64,000 nt of DNA from a virus (IMGVR_UViG_3300014208_000002:32001-96000), one strand, 5' to 3'; positions 36,500-46,740 are shown, counted from the stretch's first letter. Notes: generated by a model from the letters alone, not told the origin. Numbers and translations: made by a program.

Positions 36500-37074
36500 T
36501 ATGGAGCCTCCAACTCAAAAATGGCACTAAGAGAATAACTTGCACTATCTATCATTACATCCACAGGATTTTCTGTACTAAATACAATACTCGGATATTC
36601 TGTAGACCAATATGAAAATACATAACCCTCCATAGGGGTTGCAGTAGCGGTTATGGTATCATTTAGATTATAGTTTGTTTGACGGTTATCTACATGCACA
36701 TATCCACCGCCAATTGGATAAACTCCATAAGCAGGAGATACACTCCAAGTATTTAAGAAACAATCCCCCCTTGTTACTACAGCAAACTCCGCTGTAACTG
36801 TAGTATCTTTGTAGACTATTATGTAAGTTGGATTTTCTCTACCAGCATCCTTTCCATCAATGACCCAATTAACAAACATGATGCCGTTTCTTGGAGTTGC
36901 CATAAGAGAAAACCCTTGCCCATTTTCAGTATGAGGTTGCACAAATCTCGTATATATCTGGTCATAATCCAATTCAGGTTCTATGACCGTGATTGTGTAT
37001 TCCTGAACTTCAGGAGGAACTACCGGACAGCCCGCAAGAAGAAGCGCAATAAAAACCAAACAAAAGTATTTCAT
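36499..37074 (-). CDS. Lipoprotein with two InlB B-repeat-like beta domains
   Basis: Lipobox LLAG-C; repeats ATPRNGIMFVNW and ATPMEGYVFSYW, each ending in an AEF/AIF strand. Confidence 0.7.
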   Translation of the reverse strand: MKYFCLVFIALLLAGCPVVPPEVQEYTITVIEPELDYDQIYTRFVQPHTENGQGFSLMATPRNGIMFVNWVIDGKDAGRENPTYIIVYKDTTVTAEFAVVTRGDCFLNTWSVSPAYGVYPIGGGYVHVDNRQTNYNLNDTITATATPMEGYVFSYWSTEYPSIVFSTENPVDVMIDSASYSLSAIFELEAP

Positions 37075-37346
37075 ATCTTTTCCTCCTCTTTCTTGTCTTC
37101 ATCCTTTTCTTCTATCATCTCTCCAACAGCAGTTTGAACCGCTACCTTTATAATGGTAAGAAGAGAAGAAACAACACCCAAGGCGGCGCAGAAAAGGGCA
37201 AGTACCTTCACTGCCAAACCACTTGTGTTGTATTCAGGAGAATACAAAGCTTGGAGTAATCTTAGAGTAAAGATAGTCGTGCCTAAACCCCATAGAGCGC
37301 CCATGAGCCTTTCAAAAAGATCGACCTTCTTTAGCTTCATATTCAA
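37071..37346 (-). CDS. Two-TM membrane protein
   Basis: Two hydrophobic segments and a charged tail. Confidence 0.55.
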   Translation of the reverse strand: MNMKLKKVDLFERLMGALWGLGTTIFTLRLLQALYSPEYNTSGLAVKVLALFCAALGVVSSLLTIIKVAVQTAVGEMIEEKDEDKKEEEKI

Positions 37347-37360
37347 TTCCTTTCTCTTCC

Positions 37361-37678
37361 TTACTTAGGAAGATATTCCTTAATCTTTTCGCACTGATAC
37401 CCAAACCACTCTTCAATGGTAAGCTTCGCCCCGCCAAGGCTCATTCCCGAATAAATCCTTCCCTCATATTCGTATTCATAGCCTTTAGACATGGCTATTT
37501 CACGAAGTTGTTTGATAAGAGTAATCTTCGCACAAGAGGGGTCTTCATCCACCCTACCTACATTGTGGATGACAAATTCCTTTGCGAATTTTATCATAGA
37601 CTTCTTGAGGTCAATCAAAGAAGGCTTTGATTTCTCAATAGTCAATAGAACCTTCCACCCAAAAATCGTAAAAGTCAT
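37361..37678 (-). CDS. Hypothetical protein
   Basis: AAGGAG SD. Confidence 0.55.
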   Translation of the reverse strand: MTFTIFGWKVLLTIEKSKPSLIDLKKSMIKFAKEFVIHNVGRVDEDPSCAKITLIKQLREIAMSKGYEYEYEGRIYSGMSLGGAKLTIEEWFGYQCEKIKEYLPK

Positions 37679-37709
37679 ATTTGACTCCTTATATTCAGTC
37701 TTAGAAAGA

Positions 37710-38153
37710 TTACTCTTTCACCCATTCTTTCAGTTCGGTCTTGGTCATATCCTTGACGGAAATAGATGCCGCCCGAGTTTTTCCAGTGTTGATTCTGAAA
37801 CGCTCTACCAATTCAGCCCCATCCTGAATTTTTTCAAGTGCGGTTTGAGAGACAGAACATACCGAAAGAAAATCGTCAATTCGTTCCACGCTGTTCAGGA
37901 GAGCAAAAAGCTTCGGAACATCTATTTCCGTTACATCTACTTCCTGCTGGAAGGCTACCTTGCGACGCTCTTCGGGGAGGTAGACAGTGGTTTCTTCCTT
38001 GAGAAGAATATCCTTCGGCCCCCCCATCCGAATCTTGACATCTTCGGCAATATCAGTGAGCCGAGCGTAATATTCCGCCTGTTCAGTAATCTTTTTTCCG
38101 TAGTTGGCGGCAAGCTTGTCCAGCCAAGTTGCGATTCCCTTCCGTGCTTCCAT
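37710..38153 (-). CDS. Hypothetical early protein
   Basis: GC-richer codon usage; coupled to the upstream ORF (TAATG). Confidence 0.6.
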   Translation of the reverse strand: MEARKGIATWLDKLAANYGKKITEQAEYYARLTDIAEDVKIRMGGPKDILLKEETTVYLPEERRKVAFQQEVDVTEIDVPKLFALLNSVERIDDFLSVCSVSQTALEKIQDGAELVERFRINTGKTRAASISVKDMTKTELKEWVKE

Positions 38154-38365
38154 TATAGTGCCCCCTTAGTCTGTTTCTTCCAACATTGAAAAGTACAATC
38201 AAATGCATATCCAGCTTTTTGTGCTTCAATCAACATCTGTTTCCGTCCAAATTTCGTATCTGCATTCCAACGACTCAGGTTAAACGCAAGATCAAAATCC
38301 ATAGATGTTGCAGACTCTTTCTTCCCCAGTGCCAAAACCCATATTATGTCTTTCGTAATGGTCAT
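38153..38365 (-). CDS. Hypothetical early protein
   Basis: GAGGAG SD; first gene behind the promoter at 38398-38426. Confidence 0.6.
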   Translation of the reverse strand: MTITKDIIWVLALGKKESATSMDFDLAFNLSRWNADTKFGRKQMLIEAQKAGYAFDCTFQCWKKQTKGAL

Positions 38366-38397
38366 TGGGTCTTAATCTCCTCTCAATTCCTACCTAA

Positions 38398-38426
38398 AGA
38401 ATACACCATCATAGACCTCTTGTCAA
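38398..38426 (-). promoter_or_regulatory. sigma70-type promoter TTGACA-N17-TATTCT
   Basis: Read directly. Confidence 0.75.
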
Positions 38427-38485
38427 TAGTTTAGATAAACTTTTTTTACCTATGAGGAGGTGTATATAAAAGTATACACTATTGG

Positions 38486-39073
38486 TTAGGCCAGCTTCAT
38501 ACAGAAAACATCCTCGGCAACCTTTTTTGCCTCTTGTATTTCTTTAATTATAGTGTAGGAGCATAACCCTATTTTTTTGGCTGTTTCCTTTAGAGTAAGT
38601 CCATCTCTTCTACAAGAGAGTATTCTTTTTTGTCTTTCTGTTATTTTATCAAAAAATTCTTTGGAAACAAAATCATCTAACCTATCTTCAAAAGGGGTAG
38701 TAGGAGTATTTCTTTTTAAATCATCTAAAGTAAAAATAAAACTAAAATTATGCTTTCTTTTTCTTTGTTCTTTCTGAAAAAAACCTCTGTCCATGTTTTT
38801 AAGGTAGAGGGAAAATACCAAAGAAAATTTCCACTCATCTCCAAAAATATATTTTTCATCTACATAGTTAATAGCCTTTAATATAACAAAATAAGCTTCT
38901 TGTTCGTAGTCAAGAATAAATTCTTGTTTATCTACTGGTATATACATACTTGCTTTTCTTGCATGTTTGTCTATCATGGGTAAATATCGTTTATAAAGTA
39001 CTGTAGGGGATTCTTCTCCCCTTTTTATAGCGAGAACTAATTCACCATCTGTCATATTTTTCTCCTTATTCAA
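38486..39073 (-). CDS. Phage RNA polymerase sigma factor (sigma70 family, regions 2 and 4 only)
   Basis: ELV.AIK.G...LYKRY.PMI...A...DYEQEA...L.A (region 2); TERQK.IL..R.DG.TLKE.AK.IG (region 4 HTH). Confidence 0.75.
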   Translation of the reverse strand: MNKEKNMTDGELVLAIKRGEESPTVLYKRYLPMIDKHARKASMYIPVDKQEFILDYEQEAYFVILKAINYVDEKYIFGDEWKFSLVFSLYLKNMDRGFFQKEQRKRKHNFSFIFTLDDLKRNTPTTPFEDRLDDFVSKEFFDKITERQKRILSCRRDGLTLKETAKKIGLCSYTIIKEIQEAKKVAEDVFCMKLA

Positions 39074-40382
39074 ATGAAGCTATATCATCTTCCCAAAGAG
39101 ACTTTTCTGTTTTCTTTTTTAGAAGATTTATCTTTTCATTTACCTCCTTTTGTTTTAATTTCAAATCTTCTACCTTCTCCTTTGTAAGACTCCATATAGG
39201 CATTTGAAGTAAATAATCAAACGAGTCATTTATCTTATTGAAAGAAAGACTTTCCAACTTCTTTTCAATTATATTTTTAGACACATTCCTGACTTCAATT
39301 TCTTTATTTATAATGGCTAAGATAAATTTCACTCTATTAAAAATTAAATCATATTCGCCGTCCAGTAAATAAAGTAGATTCTTCTTTCTCTTTTTGTAAT
39401 ACTCTATACGAATAGAATAATATTTTTCTAATAAATCAAGCTCATTAGAGAATTCAATAATCTTATTTTCTTCATCAATGCAAGTAAAGTTCTCTGTATA
39501 TCGTTTAATCAACTTCAACTCTTCAAGAATCTGGTCATCCTCTAATTTTCCAAATTCTCTTTGAACATCAATCTCAAATAAAAACTTATCATTATCAGAT
39601 TTATCGGTATAGTCCTTTATTATCTTCTTATCCACAAGAGTATTGAGAACTTTTAAGTAGGAGTCTAAATCATATTGAAAGGGCAATTCTTTAATAATAA
39701 TTGTATTGAGATTCTTTTTCTCAATAACGCCCTTAATTATTATCTTATTGTCTTCCTCTCCAAATTCAATAGTTCCCCCAAACCCTTTAATAAATGGGAG
39801 AAGGCGCTTAGGCTTCTTTCCTTCTTGAATAGACTTCAAAGCCAATAAAATATCAAAGAGTTTCCTCGGGAGAATCTTTTGGGCAAATCCGTTGCCAACA
39901 CCTTCAGAACCGTTTAAGAGAATAATAGGGAGTATTGGAACATAAAATCTTGGTTCAATTTGTTCGCCTTCAAAAGATTGCTTTATCAAAATATCATAAT
40001 CGGACTTGATAAATAGTTTGTCAAACCACTCTGACTTCCTAGTGAATATATACCTACTTGCAGAGGCTTCGTGATTAAATCTATTCCCAAAGTTTCCTTC
40101 AGGCTTCAGTAAATTAAAATTATTCGTACCTACGAAATTCTGAGCCAGTGTAACAATCGCACCCTCAAGAGATACTTGTCCATGAAGATAGGCTTCTGAT
40201 TCTACTACCTTTGCGGCAAGGGAGGAATTCTTTATTTCAGTTATAATATTATTCTTGTCTACCACATGGATGATTTTTCTTGCGCCATTCTTTAGACCAT
40301 CTAAGTATGATGCACACGCTCTAAAACTTTGGTATAAAGCTGTTGCAGAATATTCATCCTGATAGAACTTAGTTATTTTCAT
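39066..40382 (-). CDS. Type IIA topoisomerase breakage-reunion subunit (T4 gp52 / GyrA-like)
   Basis: DGLKNGARK, YLHGQVSL, GNFG.R....ASASRYI (catalytic Tyr), LLNGSEGVGNGFA. Confidence 0.95.
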   Translation of the reverse strand: MKITKFYQDEYSATALYQSFRACASYLDGLKNGARKIIHVVDKNNIITEIKNSSLAAKVVESEAYLHGQVSLEGAIVTLAQNFVGTNNFNLLKPEGNFGNRFNHEASASRYIFTRKSEWFDKLFIKSDYDILIKQSFEGEQIEPRFYVPILPIILLNGSEGVGNGFAQKILPRKLFDILLALKSIQEGKKPKRLLPFIKGFGGTIEFGEEDNKIIIKGVIEKKNLNTIIIKELPFQYDLDSYLKVLNTLVDKKIIKDYTDKSDNDKFLFEIDVQREFGKLEDDQILEELKLIKRYTENFTCIDEENKIIEFSNELDLLEKYYSIRIEYYKKRKKNLLYLLDGEYDLIFNRVKFILAIINKEIEVRNVSKNIIEKKLESLSFNKINDSFDYLLQMPIWSLTKEKVEDLKLKQKEVNEKINLLKKKTEKSLWEDDIASFE

Positions 40383-42245
40383 CTATACCCTCTCTATATC
40401 AAATGATAAATTACGAAGAACATTCTGTTTTTCTTCATTATTATCTGACATCCAAATTTTAATATAGTCTTCGGAAGATTTATCTGGTTCAAATGTTTCT
40501 ACAAAACTATCAAACTTGTCATGCTCTAATATGTATTTGAGTGATTCAGGTTTCCAAGAGCCAAGACCTTTAAAATACTTAAATTCAAGTCCTCTGACAT
40601 CATTTTTACTAATCCATTGATTATATTCTTGAAAGGTAAAAAACCAATTAGTAGGAACCCCTTTCTTAAAAAAACAAATCATGGGGGTCTTTAAATATTT
40701 GATTTTCCCCGCCTTAATAAGTCCAGGCATGAAACGATGAAAAAATGTAAGCAACAACCCTCTTATATGAATACCATCAAGGTCTTGATCCGTTGTCATC
40801 AATATATTTTCAAAATTGACTTCTACTACTGGTTTAGATATATCAGCGCCTAATATTGTTATTATTGACTTTAGCTCTTCGTTCCCTGCTATCTTTGCCA
40901 TATTCGTATCTTGTACATTTAATGGCTTTCCTCGAAGTGCGAAGTAGCCAAAATTCTTCCGTCCAAGAATAGGCAACAGTGCGCTCGATGCGGAATCACC
41001 CTCGGACAAACAAAGATAAGTATTATTCTCAATCGGGGGAACATATTTATCAATATGAATCTTCTTTGTTCCTTTAGATATTTCCTTCAAGTCCTTTCGC
41101 TTTTGGAACTCTTCCTTGATCTTATAGGTTTCCTCTATTGCCCCAAGGATAGGCTCATTGCGAAGAACTGCACGAGCGAACTTATCGAAGTCAATTTCTC
41201 CAAGGAAGTCCTTTATTTCAGATACCGCATTCGTTAGATTTTCTTTTGTCTGTGAATTATATTTTGGATTAGGGAAGTCTTTAAAGAAAGCAATAATACG
41301 AAGTTTATTCTTTATATCGCCCGGCTTAATGTTCTTGTACTTCTTTTCAAGTTTCTCTCGGATACGATTAACTATTTCGGAAGATAGATAATTTACATGA
41401 TTACCGCCATCTTTAATATACAGACCATTAACATAAGTAAAAAAGCGGAAATCATCTGTGTCAGAAAGAGTAACCGCAAAGAAATAATTGTCAGCCTTAA
41501 AGTATTCATAAGTATCCGAGAACATAGAAATAAAAGTTGCTTCGTTTAGAACCCTAATCTTCTCCTCATTAAAGGTAAACTTAATTTGAGGAAAAGAAAT
41601 TGAAAGAAAATAAAGCCGCTGTTTGATTAAATCTTGGTATACTCGTCCTATAGTTTTTAACCCAAATCGCTTCAAATCAGGCCAGAAGGTAACCTCTGTT
41701 CCGGTACGAGTCCCCTGTGTAATTTTATAAGAGGATTTGCTATTATTATCAATACAAGTTAGATGAAGTTTCTTTTTCCCGTCGCATGTAGTAACATCAA
41801 ATTTATTAGAAAATACATTTGTTATCGTTGAACCTATGCCATTTAGCCCTATGGTTGTACGATTTTCATCATTGAAATTACTTCCTGCTTTCGCCTCAGT
41901 GAATAAAACTACGGGAATATATTCATCTGTCCCCTTCATAATTTCTACAGGGATGCCTCGACCATTATCAGAAATAGAAATATGCCCACCATCCATTTCT
42001 ATTACTATTTTATTTGCGTATTCAAAATTAGTTCGCACTGCTTCATCAATAGAGTTATCTAATATTTCGTTAATAATTTTAATAAGCCCAGGAACATAGG
42101 ATACTTTCTTTTGGATAAACTTATCTTTTTCAAGAAAATAGTCTTCTATCTCTGTCTCATCCACAGACCCAAGATACATAGATGGTCGGAGAAGTATGTG
42201 TTCAGTGTCAGTTAGCTTTTGATAAGAGGAAATGTCCTGTTTCAT
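40383..42245 (-). CDS. Type IIA topoisomerase ATPase/Toprim subunit (unsplit T4 gp39+gp60 / GyrB-like)
   Basis: EHILLRPSMYLGS, EILDNSIDE, DNGRGIP, G.NGIGS, SEGDSA, LRGKPLN, TDQDLDGIHI, YFKGLG. Confidence 0.95.
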   Translation of the reverse strand: MKQDISSYQKLTDTEHILLRPSMYLGSVDETEIEDYFLEKDKFIQKKVSYVPGLIKIINEILDNSIDEAVRTNFEYANKIVIEMDGGHISISDNGRGIPVEIMKGTDEYIPVVLFTEAKAGSNFNDENRTTIGLNGIGSTITNVFSNKFDVTTCDGKKKLHLTCIDNNSKSSYKITQGTRTGTEVTFWPDLKRFGLKTIGRVYQDLIKQRLYFLSISFPQIKFTFNEEKIRVLNEATFISMFSDTYEYFKADNYFFAVTLSDTDDFRFFTYVNGLYIKDGGNHVNYLSSEIVNRIREKLEKKYKNIKPGDIKNKLRIIAFFKDFPNPKYNSQTKENLTNAVSEIKDFLGEIDFDKFARAVLRNEPILGAIEETYKIKEEFQKRKDLKEISKGTKKIHIDKYVPPIENNTYLCLSEGDSASSALLPILGRKNFGYFALRGKPLNVQDTNMAKIAGNEELKSIITILGADISKPVVEVNFENILMTTDQDLDGIHIRGLLLTFFHRFMPGLIKAGKIKYLKTPMICFFKKGVPTNWFFTFQEYNQWISKNDVRGLEFKYFKGLGSWKPESLKYILEHDKFDSFVETFEPDKSSEDYIKIWMSDNNEEKQNVLRNLSFDIERV

Positions 42246-42271
42246 TTTTGCTCCCGTATATTTATCTTTCT

Positions 42272-42300
42272 ACTTTACTCTGATTCACTGTTTTTGTCAA
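42272..42300 (-). promoter_or_regulatory. sigma70-type promoter TTGACA-N17-TAAAGT
   Basis: Read directly ahead of the topoisomerase genes. Confidence 0.6.
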
Positions 42301-42319
42301 CAAGAATCTTTTTCCAATG

Positions 42320-44971
42320 TTAAGCGGCTTCCCAATCCTTTCCACAATCCCACACTTGCCCTTTTAATGGATCAGCAATATTTCCTTCAAAGACAATTGG
42401 AATCCCCTCATATTCTTCATGTGCATATTCAGCCAACTCAATAACTTTGTCTCGGATAATTTTAATTTCACTTCTATGAACATACATTTCGATGGCATCA
42501 TGTATATTTCCGAATATAAAAGACTTTAGATTATTTTCTTGTATAAAATCGTGCAACGCCACCATTACTCGGTGCATCACTACACTCTCCATATTTTGAA
42601 TAGGGGAATTTAAACTAATATTTAATAGATTTGCTTCTCTCTTTTTTCCCAACTCGCTCGTATCATTTTGTACAGTTAGCTCTGGAAGTCTTCTAATCGC
42701 CCCATAAATAGAACGAATATATCCGTGCTTCTTTGCAAAGGCATGAGAATCTTCATGCCACTTAGTTAATCCTACATAAGTCTCAAAAAAGTTATCACGG
42801 AGTTTTTTTGCAACAGTAAAAAATACATCCTTCTTTTCTTTGTATGTTAGTGTAGTCAAACTATTGTCTTTGATAAAATCTTTACATTGTTTTTCTGTCC
42901 AATTGGGCATAACATCCATTGTCATTAACGCTGTTGCACCCTTGCCGAAAAGTGCGCCGAAGTTGACAGATTTAGACTTATACCGCATATCCGCAGGGAT
43001 AAACTCTGTTAATACTCTCCAATCTTTATGTTCTAAATCTCCCTTTAATATAAGTTTTCGTTCACCATTATGATTTTCTACAATCTGATAATACTTTTCT
43101 TTTTCCTTTTTTACTTTCAAGAAATCAGCTAGTAATATTCTATCTCCAAGAAGAATACTAACAGTTGTTTTACTATGAACATCACCCGACTGATTGATAA
43201 ATACATCAGTAAGTTCAGGGTCTTTAGAGACAATCGTAGCGAGTCTCATCTGTAGCCCTGAAGCATCCGCCGACATAAATACATAATCATCATTTGGAAC
43301 GGCAAAATGCCCACGCACAAATTCTGCATATTCTCCATGTGCAACTTGATTTTGTAAATTCGGGTCTTTACATTTATTGCGGCCTGAGTCGGCAAGCATA
43401 ACACTATAATGCGGATGAACTCTAACTGATCCATCAGCCCGATATTTTAGATATTGCCAGAAACCAGTATTTTCGCTCTTATCCCCAATGAAGGTTTTAT
43501 GAATAGTAGAGAGTGACCTATAACGAGATAATATCTCTGCCTCTTTATACCCCATCTTTCTATACTTCTCTAACACCTCATCATTAGATAAGTATATTCC
43601 CTTCTTACTCAACTCAATAAGAGGGAATCCTCTTTCCTTAAAAAGATTTCCAACAGCATCATGCGATTCTATATTAAAATCTGCTTTTTTCATCCCTACA
43701 TAGTCTAAGAATTCTTTTTCTACTTCTTCCAACTTTTGACGCATTATTTTACTTTCTTCTTCAAGCTTATCTGTGTTTACATACGCTCCTGTATATTCAA
43801 CATCACAAAACATATTTACTGCGGGAATAACAATTTCATAATAATAACGAGATAATCCCCAGCCATTAGTCATTGGAAAGTCTCTGTCTATTTGGTCTAT
43901 ATGTGCCTTCATTTTATGATATACCTGATAGGTTATCATTGCATCTTTTGTAGCATAGGGAATAAGAATTTTTTTAGGAATCTTGGAATAATCTTTTATA
44001 TTAAATTTAGTTTTGTAATCATCTAGGTCTTTATCATATCCCCCATAGTTGGTATAAATCCAAGCATGGGACTTTAGACTATTTCTGCGTATCTCATTTA
44101 GATTATGACCAGCATTCAAAGTATCAAAATCAATATGAAGATATTTTCTTGGTACTCCCATAGCACGAAACATATTTACATCGAACTTTCCATTGGCATA
44201 TATTTGAAATTTATCTTTTATGAATTCGGAGAAAAAGTTTACTCCATGATTTTCAATCGTTTTCCAATCTATAAAAAATCCTTCATTATTAGAGAAAGCC
44301 ATAGTAACACAAATGACCTTATTTACAGTAAAATCTAATCCATTTGTTTCTGTGTCGATTGCCATTAGCTTTTCATTTTTATATCTTTCATAGAATGAGT
44401 CTAAGTCTATAATTTCACTATAAGATAAAGTAGCTATTCGAGGAAGTATAGGCTTAAATGCTCTAATTTTTTTACACTGGAGAAGAATATGTGATTTTTC
44501 CCAAGTGTTAGTCTCTTTCATTTTACTTTGAGAGAAGGTAGGAAAAATATGGGATTTTAAATTAGGATCAAAAAAATGAGTCTTATTAAATACAATATCA
44601 GTAAAAGAGTCTGTTCCTATATCAAGAGACTTAGATATTGAATAGATTGATCTTCCGAAACAAAGAATTTTAGAGTTAGGTTTTATATAATTTCCAAGAT
44701 TTATAGATTCTTCAGAATAAACTTTGACAACAGCCTTTACATCTTCTCCTGCATTTAGAGGATAAGGGAGTACAGAAATAACAGAATAGGGTACACGAAG
44801 AAACTCATTCAGCAAATTTTTAAAAGAGACTAAATCTTTATCAAAAATAGGCTCATCCAAAAGAACAATAACTTCTGCATTCTCATTGTAGACAAGAACA
44901 GGGTCATTGAGGAATTTCTTTCGTTTCTTTATATTTGCATTTATAGGGATTTTCTGAAAAAAATCACTCAT
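42320..44971 (-). CDS. polA: Family A DNA polymerase with 3'-5' exonuclease
   Basis: Exo AIDTETNGL, NGKFDV, YATKDA; motif A DASGLQMR, motif B RYKSKSVNFGALFG, motif C IHDAI. Confidence 0.95.
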   Translation of the reverse strand: MSDFFQKIPINANIKKRKKFLNDPVLVYNENAEVIVLLDEPIFDKDLVSFKNLLNEFLRVPYSVISVLPYPLNAGEDVKAVVKVYSEESINLGNYIKPNSKILCFGRSIYSISKSLDIGTDSFTDIVFNKTHFFDPNLKSHIFPTFSQSKMKETNTWEKSHILLQCKKIRAFKPILPRIATLSYSEIIDLDSFYERYKNEKLMAIDTETNGLDFTVNKVICVTMAFSNNEGFFIDWKTIENHGVNFFSEFIKDKFQIYANGKFDVNMFRAMGVPRKYLHIDFDTLNAGHNLNEIRRNSLKSHAWIYTNYGGYDKDLDDYKTKFNIKDYSKIPKKILIPYATKDAMITYQVYHKMKAHIDQIDRDFPMTNGWGLSRYYYEIVIPAVNMFCDVEYTGAYVNTDKLEEESKIMRQKLEEVEKEFLDYVGMKKADFNIESHDAVGNLFKERGFPLIELSKKGIYLSNDEVLEKYRKMGYKEAEILSRYRSLSTIHKTFIGDKSENTGFWQYLKYRADGSVRVHPHYSVMLADSGRNKCKDPNLQNQVAHGEYAEFVRGHFAVPNDDYVFMSADASGLQMRLATIVSKDPELTDVFINQSGDVHSKTTVSILLGDRILLADFLKVKKEKEKYYQIVENHNGERKLILKGDLEHKDWRVLTEFIPADMRYKSKSVNFGALFGKGATALMTMDVMPNWTEKQCKDFIKDNSLTTLTYKEKKDVFFTVAKKLRDNFFETYVGLTKWHEDSHAFAKKHGYIRSIYGAIRRLPELTVQNDTSELGKKREANLLNISLNSPIQNMESVVMHRVMVALHDFIQENNLKSFIFGNIHDAIEMYVHRSEIKIIRDKVIELAEYAHEEYEGIPIVFEGNIADPLKGQVWDCGKDWEAA

Positions 44972-45921
44972 GCAGTCTCCGGCATATTGTAGTCAAGATA
45001 TGAATTACTTTCCCAAAAGTCTCGTAAGAAGTCAATAGGGAACTCTCCTCCTCCAGCCTTCTCATGTCCTTTAATTCCTGTTAGATAATTTACATTTATT
45101 TTCCCTTCTTTCTGCGCTCGGACAGAAACCTTGCCATTTATTCCTCTATAGGAATTGATTGCTATAATATAATCTAAACCTTTATAGGTATTCAATAGAT
45201 TAAAACACACAATAGAAATTTTAGAAGGAAGAACTATGACTCCAAAAGTATTTCCTACATTATCTTTGCGAGTTTTAATCTCTTTTTTTGCTTTTTGAAA
45301 AAGCTCGTTCTCCTTTTGTATAACCTCTTGAATAAGACTCTTTTCATAGTCTGAAAAGAAAAAGGATTCAACAAGCTTATTATTTAGTTTCCTTACCTGG
45401 ATTTGAATAAACCGTTGTACTGCCTCATAACGATTTTTTAGTCCATAGGAGTATATCTTATAAAATATGCGGTTCAAGTTCTGCGCTTCTTCCCAAAGAG
45501 GAGAAGCATCATTAAAAGTATCATAGGTATTTACAAGATCAATAAATTTCTTTAACTTCAAAGGAACTCGCTGTCCCTTTGTAATATACTCAAAATAAAG
45601 AAGAGAGCCTGATTTGGTTTTACTGTAAGTTACATTCGGGTCATCTACAATAAGCGCCGTTTCATCATGATGGTCAAAGATTATATAAGACTTTGCAGTC
45701 TTTATATATTCGTATAATTCAGGCATCATAGATATATCCGTAACTGTTACTTCATCTTCTGGTCGAATAGAAAAATTATTTGGGAATATAAAATTGTTTT
45801 GATTATCTTTTATATCCTCGTAGGAGATAATATATACCTTATCAAAGTTAATCCCATAAAAATCGTTTATGATTAGTGGGCCGACCCCATCGAGATCGGA
45901 ATGGGAACAGAGAATTTTCAT
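44968..45921 (-). CDS. DHH/DHHA1 phosphoesterase
   Basis: SHSDLDG, VTDIS, FDHH, SVR...GHEKAGGG. Confidence 0.85.
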   Translation of the reverse strand: MKILCSHSDLDGVGPLIINDFYGINFDKVYIISYEDIKDNQNNFIFPNNFSIRPEDEVTVTDISMMPELYEYIKTAKSYIIFDHHDETALIVDDPNVTYSKTKSGSLLYFEYITKGQRVPLKLKKFIDLVNTYDTFNDASPLWEEAQNLNRIFYKIYSYGLKNRYEAVQRFIQIQVRKLNNKLVESFFFSDYEKSLIQEVIQKENELFQKAKKEIKTRKDNVGNTFGVIVLPSKISIVCFNLLNTYKGLDYIIAINSYRGINGKVSVRAQKEGKINVNYLTGIKGHEKAGGGEFPIDFLRDFWESNSYLDYNMPETA

Positions 45922-46208
45922 TTATTTATCCTTCTTATTCTCTTCTTATCTTTAGAGATATACTCATCATGTGAGTAAAAAAATATTCCTTTTTTGAACT
46001 CTTCCGCTGTTACAAGTTTCCGCCCAAGAAAACCATAAACTTCCACTTCAATAATACAGCAATTGTGCGGAAGCACCTTGATTACTTTTGCTTTTGTTTT
46101 CTTGTCTCCAAGGAGAATAATGGCATTCTCTTTAAGAGTAATAATCTTCTTTTTCTTTTTCTCAAATTGTTTCTGAAAGTTTAGTAACATCCGACTATTG
46201 CTCTTCAT
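45918..46208 (-). CDS. Hypothetical basic protein
   Basis: Packed ORF. Confidence 0.5.
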   Translation of the reverse strand: MKSNSRMLLNFQKQFEKKKKKIITLKENAIILLGDKKTKAKVIKVLPHNCCIIEVEVYGFLGRKLVTAEEFKKGIFFYSHDEYISKDKKRIRRINK

Positions 46209-46740
46209 ATTTCTCTCCTATAAAATCCCAATTATTATGACGATTACCCATATATTTCTTTACTTCATCAAAAGAAATAGGGATACCTTTTAATGCTTCC
46301 CAAGAAACCGTCATGTGCTTGCCTAGCATAGGAAACTTATCTTCTATTATAGTAGAATGATGGTGGCCTGTCAAACACCATGCACCATAATGTGAACAAT
46401 TCCATGTTAACATCGGATAATGACAAAGAGTAATTTTCTGATCGTGTAATTTTATATCATAATATCCATCAACCCAATGAACTATTTTTTTATGCTTAAT
46501 TATTTTCTGGTCATGGTTTCCACGAATAAAATAAAAACGACCGTTTAGCCTATCAAGTAAAATATTTGGGTCACCCCTAAAATTAAAATCGCCTTCATAA
46601 TAAACATTATCTTTCTCAGTAATAACACTATTATGAGTAGCAATAATATGTTCATTCATTTCTTCATAAGAGGAAAATCCTCTCATATCTGCCATACGAG
46701 TATGATTTAAATGATAATCAGATATAAAGAACTCATTCAT
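46195..46740 (-). CDS. Calcineurin-like metallophosphoesterase
   Basis: ISDYHLNH, EGDF, RGNHD, CHYP, GHHH. Confidence 0.9.
   Translation of the reverse strand: MNEFFISDYHLNHTRMADMRGFSSYEEMNEHIIATHNSVITEKDNVYYEGDFNFRGDPNILLDRLNGRFYFIRGNHDQKIIKHKKIVHWVDGYYDIKLHDQKITLCHYPMLTWNCSHYGAWCLTGHHHSTIIEDKFPMLGKHMTVSWEALKGIPISFDEVKKYMGNRHNNWDFIGEKYEEQ

Noticed and set aside
37491-38189. 232-aa + strand ORF (likewise 22384..22692, 33102..33557, 31799..32164 and most other short + strand ORFs after 18.8 kb)
   Set aside because: Antisense to well-supported - strand genes with SDs and promoters
42985-43170. About 60-aa insertion in PolA between DVHSKTT and motif B as a possible mini-intein
   Set aside because: No Cys/Ser start or His-Asn end; treated as an ordinary fingers-domain insertion
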